NCBI GenBank assembly: GCA_001724265.1
Contig: MEDY01000187.1
Coordinates: 1-64,000 of the forward strand
Reading direction: 5' to 3'
DNA length: 64,000 bases
Source: Rhizaria sp. SCN 62-66
Taxonomy: Eukaryota
A program made the position numbers and the translations under genes. The notes under the pieces were generated by a model, which made no database searches, was not told where the DNA came from, and was given only the letters and a program-made list of their open reading frames with translations. Positions 13,398 through 23,853 of this stretch are shown here, piece after piece; within the stretch, counting starts at the first letter, position 1, and each line of letters starts with the position of its first letter.

Positions 13398-15773
13398 ATG
13401 CTTTCCCGCCGCGCCACCGGCGCCGTGGCCCGCGCTGCGCTCTCGCTGCCCGTCGCCGCGCCCGCCGCGGCCCGCAGCGCTCTCACAGCCCTCGCAGCCC
13501 TCACAGTCATCCCGGCGATATCGGCTCTGCCGCACCGCGCTTTCGCCTCCGCCTCTGGCTCCTCAGCCAAGGGCGCCCCCCGCGCTCGCACGCGCACCGC
13601 TGCGGCCGCCGCAGCCGCCGTTACCGCAGCCGCGGCCAGCGCTAACGCCGCCGCTAACAGCGGCAGCAGCAGCGGGACCAAGGGCAGCCGCAGCCGCGCC
13701 GCTGAGTCGGCCGCCGCCGTCGCCGCCGCCGCCGCCGCCGCGGAGGCGCCCGAGTCCTCTGCCCCCACCCCGCTGTCGACCCCGCGCGCGTCTCCGCTGA
13801 CGAGCGTCTCCGCGTCGTTCGTGCCGGTGGGCAAGGCGGCCCCGTTCGCGGCGGGCGTGACGGCCCGCGCGGGCGCCGCCGTCTCGGGCGCAGGCACCGC
13901 GCCCGGCGCCGTCGACGACTACGCGAGTCTCGGAGACCTTCTGGACGGGGCCGACATCGATAATCTGTTGCAGCACCAGCTCGCGCGCCGCGCGCGGGAG
14001 GACCTGGAGCGCGCCGCAGACGCGGAGGCCGCCGCCTCCGCCAATGCCGCCGCCGCAGACGCCGTCCACGCCGCCGCTGCTGGTGCTGCTGGAGGCAACG
14101 ACGCCATTCTCGCGCTGACGCGGGGGCAGCAGGAGGTGTTGAAGGCTGCGCGCAAGCATCAAGGCCTCAAGACCTCTCCGGACAGCGCCCACATCAGCAC
14201 CGGTCCCAGCAACATCGCGACTGGTAAGGGCGGCAAATCCAAGAAGGCCGCCACCGCCGGCAAGACTGAGCAGCAGGGCCAGTTACACTGGCAGTCCCAT
14301 GCCCACACACAGTCGCAGGGCTCGGAGTCCCCGTACTTCGTCGATGACGTGACGGCCGGCCTCACACTCGAGTCCGAGCTCGCCAACTCATACGGTAGTT
14401 TCAACAACGACGACGGCAACGTCGACGTCGCCGCCACGATCACCGCCGCCGGCCCCGCGGCCGCGGCCGCCGAGGCGCGCCGGCTGTCCGTCCTGGATGC
14501 TGCGCGGCTCTCGGTGGCGACCGGCGGCCTCGCCGACCCCGCGGCCCGGGGCGTCGCGGGCGTCGCTGCGGCCGCCGTGACGCCCACCGACGCGATGCTG
14601 TCCGCGCTGATCCGGCAGAAGACGCTGTTCGACCAGGCCAGCCGCGTGCGCGAGTACCGCGCCGCGCTGCGCAAGGCTGTGGTGGACCAGTACCAGGCGC
14701 TGCGCTCTCTGCCGCGCTTCACCATGTCAGGATTGCTGGCTCTGCTCGAGTGCATGGAGCAGCCCAACCGGACCGAGATCGCCATGTACGGCATGGCCGC
14801 CACGCCCGCCGCCGCCGGCTTTGACGAGCACGCGGCGATGCGGCTCACGGTCTTTGCGCGCTGCCCCAACGAAGAGATCATGTATCTCGTCACAGATGTT
14901 ATCACGCGGTAAGTTGGCTTGGTGTATATACGCCGCGGAGATTCATGTTTGTTTATAAAAGAAGGAATGTAATTTAATGAACTTCTAAAATCTAAAAAAT
15001 GAAAGTTCATGATATCTTATCTCACGTTTGTATCTCCTACTTTACTTTGCTTTGTTTAGTCTTGCGCAAGAGAAGAAGATCGTCGCGAACCAGCCCGTGT
15101 CGTTCCTGGTGACAGGCTACGAGGTCGACCCCTGGGTCATGATCGACCTGGGCACCGCTGTCGTCCACCTCTCGCTGGGCTCCGCGCGCACGGTATTCGG
15201 CGCCGAGGAGCTGCTCGCCAAGGAGCGGATCTCGCAGACCGACTATGAGCGCTTCGTGGGCGGCATGGGTGACCAGGTGGCCTTCTCGCGCTGCTCGCTC
15301 GTGTCACGGACGCGCAACGTCGACTCGACGATGAAGGGCAAGAAGTTCACCGTGCAGATGCTTATCAAGGAGCTCGAGGAGGCACAGGGCGCCACTGCGG
15401 AGCGCGTCAAGGCCAGGTACGCCGTGAAAACAACAGCGTCATGTAAACTTCAAATCTTGCAATATGAGAGATATTTTGATGCTATGGACTTATATCAACA
15501 TGCTTCGATGTTGTTATGGTGAGAGATTGTATATTTTACGTTTTATTCTGTCTTTGAACCCCAAACCTCACATATCATGTTCATGTCCCGTCTTTTGTGC
15601 TGTTTTGCGATATCAGGGCGATGAGTGAGGCACACGGCGGCCGCGACGACGAGGACTTCGAGGGCACCACGGGCGGCAGCGGCGCCAGCCCGGGCGGGAT
15701 GTTCGACGAGGTCTACAGGCAGTCACAGCACATGCAGGTGCAGCACATGGGCATGAGCAAGCGCCGCCGATGA
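13398..15773 (+). CDS. RsfS/MALSU1 (Iojap)-like ribosome-silencing factor, mitochondrion-targeted, ~674 aa; exons 13398-14908, 15060-15416, 15617-15773
   Basis: Presequence MLSRRATGAVARAAL. WVMIDLGTAVVHL resembles the RsfS WxxxDxGxxvvH motif. Two phase-compatible introns (GTAAGT, 151 nt; GTACGC, 200 nt). Ends in TGA. Confidence 0.6.
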
Positions 15774-15974
15774 GTGTGAACGCAAAATCGATGTCTTTAT
15801 ATTTAACTTCTGGTGTGTGGTGATATGAAAATGGCCAGGTTGCGTGGCATAGATAGTTGTATTTCGGATTAATAAAACTGTTTCTCTATTTAATCATTAG
15901 TATTGTATATCATATTCAAAAATATTAGCGAATGACGATAGTATATCCCATAAAAGCTATTGATTGGTGCTCTC

Positions 15975-16086
15975 AAAAGGTCGTACCCCCCGGCTTAACC
16001 AGGCGACCAGGGACTCGAATCGCCCGCCCATAAGGCTTAGGGATGACTTCAGCCCGGGACTCCGCCTGGCACTCTAGGCCACGACC
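15975..16086 (-). ncRNA. Candidate RNA polymerase III structured small RNA (~108 nt plus U4 tail; vault/Y-RNA-like layout)
   Basis: Minus strand reads GGTCGTGGCCTAGAGTG...GATTCGAGTCCC...TACGACC-TTTT: terminal stem GGTCGT/ACGACC, A-box-like and B-box-like motifs, T4 terminator, internal helix CCAGGCG/CGCCTGG. Confidence 0.55.
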
Positions 16087-16512
16087 GTGGTAATGCCAGG
16101 AACAGAATTAACGACACACGACGCAGATGCGTTTTAGAATCGATATCTTGATTTGAGTTGACAGATGGTTCATGCGTCAGATATGAGGAAAGCGCGTCCC
16201 CCCAAACCCTACACTGTCGACTCTCCCCGAGCTTTAAGCACGCATAGCGCCTTAAAAACATTTTTTTCTGATTTATCATTTCCACATTTTGGGTCTAAAA
16301 TTTAGTGTGTTGTTATCTACATCACTCATTTTTAAACTCACATCATATTTTGTCCTCTGTCTTCAATCCTGTTCCTGTCGTCCAGCCCTCGAGCACAGCC
16401 TTGCTGAGGCTTTCCTTCTTTTCCTCCCCCCAGCGCTCGCACCCGACTCAGCACACCACCCCCGCTCCGCAGCGCGCCGCCCGGACCGGTCGCCCCGTTA
16501 TTTGCGCCCGCG

Positions 16513-19500
16513 ATGGACTCGAAGCGCGCGCGCCTCGTCTCCGCGACTGCGCCCCCTTCCCAGCCCACCAGCACCAACACTGGCACCAGCACTGGCCAGC
16601 CGGCTTTCGGGGCGACTGCTGCTGCCGCTGGTGTTGCTGTAGCTCCAGCGACGCTCACTGGCACACAGCAGTCCATGGGCGTCCAGTCCCCCGCCGCCCT
16701 CGCCCCACCTCAGCAGCAGCTTGGCTTCACCCCGGCACATCAGCAGCAGTACCAGCAGCAGCAGCAGCCGCGGTCTCTCTCGCGGCAGCAGCGCCAACAA
16801 CGCCACGGCAGCGGCGGCGGCGGCAGTGGCAGGCTGAGCCGGAGAGCTGTTAGAATGGGCGACGGCGATGACGATGACGATGATGCCGACGACGCCGACG
16901 CCAGCAACATCTCTGCTGCTGCTGCTGGTGCTGCAGGTGTGAACCACAGCTACACCGCCGGCTCTAGCTTCAGCTCCAGCTCTGCCTCCGTTTCACACCG
17001 CTCTCGCAGCTCTGCTGCCGACGGCCAGAGTGACCGTGAGCAGCCGGGTGACGGTGAGCACGAGCAGCAGCACTGTCTGCCGATAAGTCAGGCCGCCTGG
17101 TCAGTGGTCCGCACGACCCCGCTGGCCAGCCACATCGCGCGGCCTGCCAACGCCGACGACACGCTCCCCACCGGTTCCCTCACGAGCTCTCTTACAGGTA
17201 CTGCTGCCGCAGGGACGCAGGCTTATAGTAACCCCAATAGCGCGAAGAGTAGAGGCGTTGGCGTTGGCGGCAGCATGGTGACGGGCTGTGCGCTCGGCAG
17301 CATTCCCGAGCGCGGCGCCTACGTCGAGAGCACCTGCACTGGGGGCACTTACACCGCGGGCACTTACACTTCGAGAGACAGCGCCGGCAGGAGCGCCCCC
17401 GCGAGCGCTCTGGTCGGTGACGGCGGCGCCACGACGACTGGCGGCGGCGTGGCGACGGGCGGCGGCGTGGCCATGACTGCGACCCCGGCCCACGCCCCCG
17501 CGACTACTGCCGCTCACGGTCACTGCGAGTCCCACATCACCGGCGCCGGCACTGGCGTCACTGGCACCGGCACTACCGGCTCTGGTTTCGGTTTGTTTCC
17601 CCCCGTCGAGGCGGCAGCCGCAGCCGCAGGCAAGCACCTCGCCGACACTATGACCGCGAGCAAGCTGTTCCACAATCCCGTTGACGGCCGGAGTCGCAGT
17701 CTCATCACTGCCGCACCCGCCACAGCCACCGCCGCGGCCCCCCACGGCTTCGCGGTGGATCCCAACGCTCTGGGCTCGCTGTACAAGCAGCAGACCAAAG
17801 GCGGCGATGCCACGGCGACGACTGACGGTCTAAGTGGTCACGACGACAGTCTAAGTGGCGACCAGGAGCAGCAGCAGCAGTACTTAGACGTGCTCGACGT
17901 GACGACGGCGTCAACGCTGCCGCCACTTACATCCGAGTCGGGGTACTTACACGGGCACGGACACTCGTTCTCCAAGTCGGACGCGTTCTCAGAGACAGGC
18001 CGGCGCCGCAGTGGCGCCGGCGGCCAGGGCGCTGGCGGCAGTGACGCGGGCTTAGTCACGGGAGCCATCCACGAGGAGAGCGAGGTGACCGAGGGCATGA
18101 GCAGTTTGCACAGCAGCAGTTTCGAGGGCAGTGCGCTGGCCCCGCTCTCGCTGACGACCGACCACGGTCACTACGCAGACAGCAACGCTCACGGCGCCAT
18201 AGCTGCCGCAGCGCTCAGCCAGTTGCTGCCCCATGACGACCCTCTGAACGCCTCAACAGTCTCCGCGCTCTCGGTCTCCGCGCTCACGGCCGCTGACGGC
18301 GCTAGCGTCGGCCGGGACACCACTCGCTCCGCCGCCGGGAACGCGGGCGTCAACACGACTACCGGCGTCAGCACCGTTGCGGGCGTCGGGAGTGACGGCA
18401 GCGTGTACCGTCGCCGCCGCCGCGCCGCCGCCGACATGACCGCAACTATGAACGACGACTATGACAACAACGGTGCAGAGGACTCCGTCAACGGTCGCGG
18501 CCGTCGCCATGGCGCGAACCCTGTCTCTAGCGCTGCCCACGTCACTGCGACTGCAACTGCGGCGGCCGCCGCCGCTGCCGCTGCCACTGGCGCTGCCACC
18601 CAGACTGACGTCTACACCGCGCCCCACACCACCGCGCCCCAGACTGCCCCTCTGACCGCGCCCCAGACGCAGGTCTTCGCGGGCCCCCGCGCGGCGCCTG
18701 TCGCGCCCCCGGCCCCGCAGCGGCGCGCCCCCGGCCGCAGCGGCGGCGCCCGCTACGGCTCTAGCAGCAGCGACAGCGGCCGCGGGGGCTGGGGCCGTCC
18801 GCTGGCGCCCGCGATCGCTCTCGACGCCACTGGCGCTCGCGGCTCCTGCAGCGCCCACCCCGCCGGCGGATGCGATTGCGTCGCTGCCGACCCAAGCGGC
18901 AGCGGGGGCGACTGCAGCGACGACTGCGACGGCGGCGGCGGCGGCGACCTGAGCCCCGGGAGCCGTAGCTACAGCGACCTGCGCGACCCCGCCGGGCTGG
19001 ACCTCAGCGGCATGCGCGGCAACGCGACGCTCGTCGACCAGCACCTGCGGTCGCTGCGCCACGCTGAGGCCCCGCAGCTCAGCACCGACGCGCTCGCGCG
19101 CATGCTCATCGCGTCCAACGCCAACGCCAGCGCCAGTGCCAATGGCAACGCTAGTGGCGACAAAGGCGGCAGTGCGGGGCCGCGGCCGCGCGTGCAGTTC
19201 CTGGGCACTGCCGCGCCGCCGCCCACACCGCGGCTGCCGGGCCAGACTGAAGCGCAGTACCAGGAGCAGGTCCAGCGGGCGCTGTCGCCGCAGCACCAGC
19301 AGCTGCTGCACGCGCAGTCGCCCGAGCCGCTGGTGACATCGCCCGCCGTGCTGAGCTTCTGCGGCGAGAAGCTGGTCCAGTGGATTGTCGGCTACTGCAA
19401 GTCGCAGCTGGCCACCGCGGACACGATCCACCACGCCGTGCGCCTTTTCGATGCGGCGCTCGCGCGCGCGCTGTACCGCCGCAGCGACATCCGCAAGCTC

Positions 19501-20910
19501 GCAGTGGGCTGTCTGCTGATCGCGTACAAGTTTAACGAGGCGGCGGACCGCGTGCCGCGCATCCCGGACCTGGTGGCGACGTGCTGCAGCTTCACCAGCG
19601 TCTTCGACGCGGCGCTGTGCGAGACGCAGCTGATGCAGAGCATTTTCGCCTGGAACGTCAGCTTCGTGACGGTGACGCACTTTCTAAACGCGTTCGTGCA
19701 AAAGGGGTTTATCTTCGTCACCGACAAGGTCACCATCACACACTCGTCTGCTATCTCCGCAGCCAACGCCCACAACACTGCTGTTTCTAGCTCCGCGTCC
19801 TCGTCCCCGTCCGCGGGCTCGGTCACGGTCCCGGCCGACGCGCGCACGGTGCGGCACGCGCGGCGCCTGTGCGACCTGCTGGCCGAGCTCTCGCTGTCAC
19901 TGCCGGTGCTGCGCCACGCGCTGCCGTCCATCGCCGCGGCCGCGTGCGTGGCCGTCACGCGCCGCGCGCTGCGCGTGGCGCCCGCCTGGTGCGCCGAGGT
20001 CGAGGCGCTCGTGGGCCACACCGAACAGACGGTGCGGCCGCTCGCCGACGTCCTGCTGGCGCACTTCGTCGAGGCCTGCCCCGCAGAGGCGCGGCCGGTC
20101 CGAGAGGAGCAGGAGCAGCAGCAGCGACAGCTGCTGCAGCTGCGTCAGCAGCAGGAACAGAAACAGCAGGAGCAGCAGCAGGAACAGCAGCACCAGCAGC
20201 GGCAGCGTCAGCGGCAGCTCGAGGAGGACGAGGCCGCTGCGGCGGCGCTGGCCGCGGCGGTGGCGGCCGCCGTAGTGACCCCGATGACCTCGGTCGCCTC
20301 CGCGGGAGCTACGCTCGCCGCGCACGGTGCCACCGCCGCCGGTGCCGGGGCGGGGGCTGGGGCGCGGGTGGCGAACCCTTACAATCTGAGTACCCACCAC
20401 GGCTCTCGGAGCCACAGCAGCAACGGGAATGCCTTCACGGCTCAGGCGCAGCAGCGCGCGGCTGACTCCGCGTGGCCGAGCAACACTCGCGCGGACTCCA
20501 GTGCGTATGCAGTGAAGAAGACCTCTGCGACTGCCGCGGTCGGCGCTGGCTCCAACGCGAGCAAGAGCGCGCGCGTCGTCGTCGGCGCCGGCACCGTGGT
20601 CAGCACTCGGGGCGCCTACAGCAGCGCGGGCGGCCACAGCGACGCTACCCACGGTCGCTCGGTCTCGCTTTCTCACGGCCACGGCCACGGTCAGTACACG
20701 CGCGGCGTACCCACCCCGCTGGGCGCCACCGCCCCGGTCTTCACTGGCAGCGGTGCGAACGCTGTGACCAACGGCAGCGGCGCCGGCTCTGCCGCTGGCG
20801 CGGCCGGTGCGAGCGGCAGCGGCGCGGCGATGTCCGACGAGCCTGCGACCGTGAGCACCGACACGGGCGCGGGCTGCAACTACTACATCTACCCCTCAGA
20901 CATGGGCTAA
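16513..20910 (+). CDS. Cyclin-box protein (cyclin J-like), 1465 aa with very long low-complexity termini
   Basis: LVQWIVGYC...TIHHAVRLFD...KLAVGCLLIAYKFNEAADRVPRIPDL...ETQLMQSIFAWNVSFVTVTHFL, followed by the second fold LPSIAAAACVAVTRRAL...PAW. Ends in TAA. Confidence 0.85.
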   Translation: MDSKRARLVSATAPPSQPTSTNTGTSTGQPAFGATAAAAGVAVAPATLTGTQQSMGVQSPAALAPPQQQLGFTPAHQQQYQQQQQPRSLSRQQRQQRHGSGGGGSGRLSRRAVRMGDGDDDDDDADDADASNISAAAAGAAGVNHSYTAGSSFSSSSASVSHRSRSSAADGQSDREQPGDGEHEQQHCLPISQAAWSVVRTTPLASHIARPANADDTLPTGSLTSSLTGTAAAGTQAYSNPNSAKSRGVGVGGSMVTGCALGSIPERGAYVESTCTGGTYTAGTYTSRDSAGRSAPASALVGDGGATTTGGGVATGGGVAMTATPAHAPATTAAHGHCESHITGAGTGVTGTGTTGSGFGLFPPVEAAAAAAGKHLADTMTASKLFHNPVDGRSRSLITAAPATATAAAPHGFAVDPNALGSLYKQQTKGGDATATTDGLSGHDDSLSGDQEQQQQYLDVLDVTTASTLPPLTSESGYLHGHGHSFSKSDAFSETGRRRSGAGGQGAGGSDAGLVTGAIHEESEVTEGMSSLHSSSFEGSALAPLSLTTDHGHYADSNAHGAIAAAALSQLLPHDDPLNASTVSALSVSALTAADGASVGRDTTRSAAGNAGVNTTTGVSTVAGVGSDGSVYRRRRRAAADMTATMNDDYDNNGAEDSVNGRGRRHGANPVSSAAHVTATATAAAAAAAAATGAATQTDVYTAPHTTAPQTAPLTAPQTQVFAGPRAAPVAPPAPQRRAPGRSGGARYGSSSSDSGRGGWGRPLAPAIALDATGARGSCSAHPAGGCDCVAADPSGSGGDCSDDCDGGGGGDLSPGSRSYSDLRDPAGLDLSGMRGNATLVDQHLRSLRHAEAPQLSTDALARMLIASNANASASANGNASGDKGGSAGPRPRVQFLGTAAPPPTPRLPGQTEAQYQEQVQRALSPQHQQLLHAQSPEPLVTSPAVLSFCGEKLVQWIVGYCKSQLATADTIHHAVRLFDAALARALYRRSDIRKLAVGCLLIAYKFNEAADRVPRIPDLVATCCSFTSVFDAALCETQLMQSIFAWNVSFVTVTHFLNAFVQKGFIFVTDKVTITHSSAISAANAHNTAVSSSASSSPSAGSVTVPADARTVRHARRLCDLLAELSLSLPVLRHALPSIAAAACVAVTRRALRVAPAWCAEVEALVGHTEQTVRPLADVLLAHFVEACPAEARPVREEQEQQQRQLLQLRQQQEQKQQEQQQEQQHQQRQRQRQLEEDEAAAAALAAAVAAAVVTPMTSVASAGATLAAHGATAAGAGAGAGARVANPYNLSTHHGSRSHSSNGNAFTAQAQQRAADSAWPSNTRADSSAYAVKKTSATAAVGAGSNASKSARVVVGAGTVVSTRGAYSSAGGHSDATHGRSVSLSHGHGHGQYTRGVPTPLGATAPVFTGSGANAVTNGSGAGSAAGAAGASGSGAAMSDEPATVSTDTGAGCNYYIYPSDMG

Positions 20911-21323
20911 ACTGGCGTAAGTGGCGCTTATATCGTCAGTTCGCGATCTGTCTGAGTTTGTTTCGACTTCTTCTTCTTTTTGGATCATATTTTCAGTGTT
21001 TTATATCTATATAGCATGTGGTTGACTTTTCTTTTCGCTCTAGCATTCATGACTAATCATCACAACAATAGCTTGTCCGTTGCACGCTATTGTACACGTT
21101 CATATGTTCGTGTAGTTTCCCTACCTAGTTCTTCGTAATACATACCTTAAACTCATTTTTGTTTCGACGTCTTATCACAAAATAATTAGATGTGTATGTG
21201 CCGGTATTATACATGTAAATAAGTCTCATAACAAAGGGCAACTATACACGACGACCGCAGTCGTATTTACTTTCGTTATGCAGCCCAGAAGCCATGTTAG
21301 ACCGTGCGGCGCAAAGTGCGCGC

Positions 21324-23232
21324 TTACGCGGTCTTGGCGAGAGCGTGGACCTGGTTCTCGAGGATGTCGACGAACTGGGCGGCGTGCTTGGGCTGGAAGG
21401 TGAGGAAGGGGCGCATGCGGATGGTTTGCGAGCCGCAGCCGCCGATCTCGACGCCGGCCATCTTGAGCTTGCCGAGCAGCGCGTCGCGGATCGCGGGGGT
21501 CGGCGAGTCGAAGGCAATGAGCGTGCCCTGGCCGCGGACAGAGTGGATCACGCCGGGGTACTTGTCCGCGATGGCGTTGAGCGCCTGGGGTTGGGCGAGT
21601 GAAGAGAGCGCAGTCAAAGAAAAGAAAGATTGGTGAGATAAGCGTTTTGGAGGATATGAGGTAACGATATGACAATTGAGGAAAACGAGTCGAGTAAAAA
21701 AATTAAATCACGAGTTTAAAACAGAATTCAACAAACGCGTGTGTGAGCTCTTCTGAAGCCTTACAGACTACGAGTTCATGTTTTAAGCGTTCGTTGCTTT
21801 GTTGCGTACCTTCATGGTGTAGTCACCGACCTGGCGGACGCCCTCGATGAGGTTGTCCTTCTTGACAGTCTTGACAACGGCCTCAAGCTGGACGATCTTG
21901 GTCGGGTCGCCCATCCACGTGTTGAAGATGCGGTACGGCATGTCGGTGCGCAGGTGGGGCGCGTAGTAGAACCCGCCGGTCATCATCTTCTTGGAGAAGG
22001 TGACCATGTCGGGCGGCGAGGGGAGGTTCCAGGACTCGTGCGCCCACTGGACGCCGGCGTTGCCGCCGCCGGTCTGGACCTCGTCGACGATGAAGACGGC
22101 GCCGTTCTCCTTGATGATCTTCTGCAGGCCGGCGAAGAAGGCCGGCGAGGCGTGGTTGTCGCCGCCCTCGGCCTGAATGGGCTCCACGACCACGGCCGCG
22201 ACGGGCGCCTTGTTGGCCCACGACTTGAACAGGGACGCGACCTCAGCGAGGCAGCGTTCCTCCTCGGCCTTGTTCTCGGCCGCGTGCGCCGCGAGTGGGT
22301 ACTTGAGCTTGGGGAAGGGAGCCATGGGCCAGTCGAAGGACGGGAAATCGAGCTTGTGGACCCACTTGGAGCGCGTGGTCGACAGGCAGCCGAACATGCG
22401 GCCGTGGAAGGCGCCGTTGAAGGACATCACGGACAGCTTGGGGGAGCCGGGCTCCTACAGAATGAGCAGGGAGACACATGATCGGTTTTACGTGAGAGTA
22501 TGCAAGTGAGACTGAGTGAACATAAAGAAAATGTGCTACATTTTCACAAACCGAGAGCCGAACCGCCAGACATAATAGTTTGACATATATTTCTCGTGTG
22601 GAAGGGAGGTTTTGTCGTACCTGGTTAAGCATGCAGGAGGAGAGGTCCTCAGCGGAGGGGGGCTTGCCGCCGCGGCGGACGGACTGGTACCACATCATGG
22701 CCTGCTTGTACGCGTTCTCGTTGGAGCACGAGCCGCACATCATGGTGGTGACCTCGGAAAGGCCCTTAGGCGCGACGGCGACGAGGGTGTTGTTGATGCG
22801 GTCGACCCAGTCGGCGGGGGGGATGTTGCCGAGAGCGGGGCGGTGCATGAGCAGGGACAGGTTCTTGGGGTCCGTGAGCGCGGAGATCATCGCGGGGTGG
22901 TTGTAGCCAAGGGGAAGCGAGGAGATCTGCGAGTAGACGTCGAGGAACGTGTTACCATCGACGTCGGTGAGGTAGTTGCCCTGGGAGTTCTCGTAGTCAG
23001 CGAAGAAGTGAACAGCTCCAGACTCGGAAATCTTGTTCATCTTGGCGAGGAGGTCCTTAGACTTAGGGCCAGGCACGGTTGCGGTAAGGATCTTGGGGGC
23101 GGTGGGCTCGTTGGCGTGATCCGGAATCAGGGACGCGGGCACGGCAGGGCGAGCGGTGGCGGAGAAGGCACGGAGCGAGGCCGAAGCCGAGGCAACGGAG
23201 GCCTTGGAGACGACGCGGCGAAGAGACTGCAT
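21324..23232 (-). CDS. ABAT: 4-aminobutyrate (GABA) aminotransferase, mitochondrial, animal/fungal type, ~505 aa; exons 23232-22621, 22454-21810, 21584-21324
   Basis: Motifs SQISSLPLGYNHP, CGSCSNENAYK, AFHGR, EPIQAEGGDN, DEVQTGG, FSKK (PLP lysine), RIFNTWMGDP, RGQGT. Two phase-0 GT-AG introns. Ends in TAA. Confidence 0.96.
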
Positions 23233-23853
23233 CGGACTATGTGGTACAGTAGATAATCGCGGCAAATAAAACAGTAGACCCAGGGGGCAGTGCTATCAAC
23301 GTGAGCGTATGCGAATGTGATGCCATACAGAGGCGTACGGAGGACGCGTAATGGAGGAGGGCGTTAAAGAGGTGATGACGAACTGGACTGACTCCAGAAT
23401 GGACAGCGTGCACCACATGCGAGGGCTTAAGTCATGACAAATTGGACTAAGTAAAAAACCGTTGTTGTGCCGCATATCAGTCTGTTTGCATTTCAAATCA
23501 GTGGTCATACGAACCTCTAGAGGCATACCAAAACTCGCATTCGTTGCCCCCTGCCACACGCCGCCCCTCGCCGTCGGTGTGACCGTGAGCTCTGTCAACA
23601 GTGGTACACAGTCACACTGTCAAACAACGAGAAAAGCACGCATAAGGACATCGTAGATGAGCTCTAGTAACAGGAATTAATGAGTAGTTTGTGTATTGTG
23701 CATTGGTTTGTTGTTGTAACATGTAAATATAGCTGGTTTGTCGTGATCATGGCATATGAAGCTTAACTTAAAAAATCAAGTTTTGGAGTTGCGAGGCACC
23801 TCGTGCGGATACTGCGTCAACTTAAACTGATGTGGGATTCGTGATTTAGACGA

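Noticed and set aside
15975-16110. tRNA-CUA suppressor, 5S rRNA or U1 snRNA identity for the structured island
   Set aside because: No cloverleaf with a CUA anticodon loop, only short 5S-like words, and no ATACTTACCTG 5' end.
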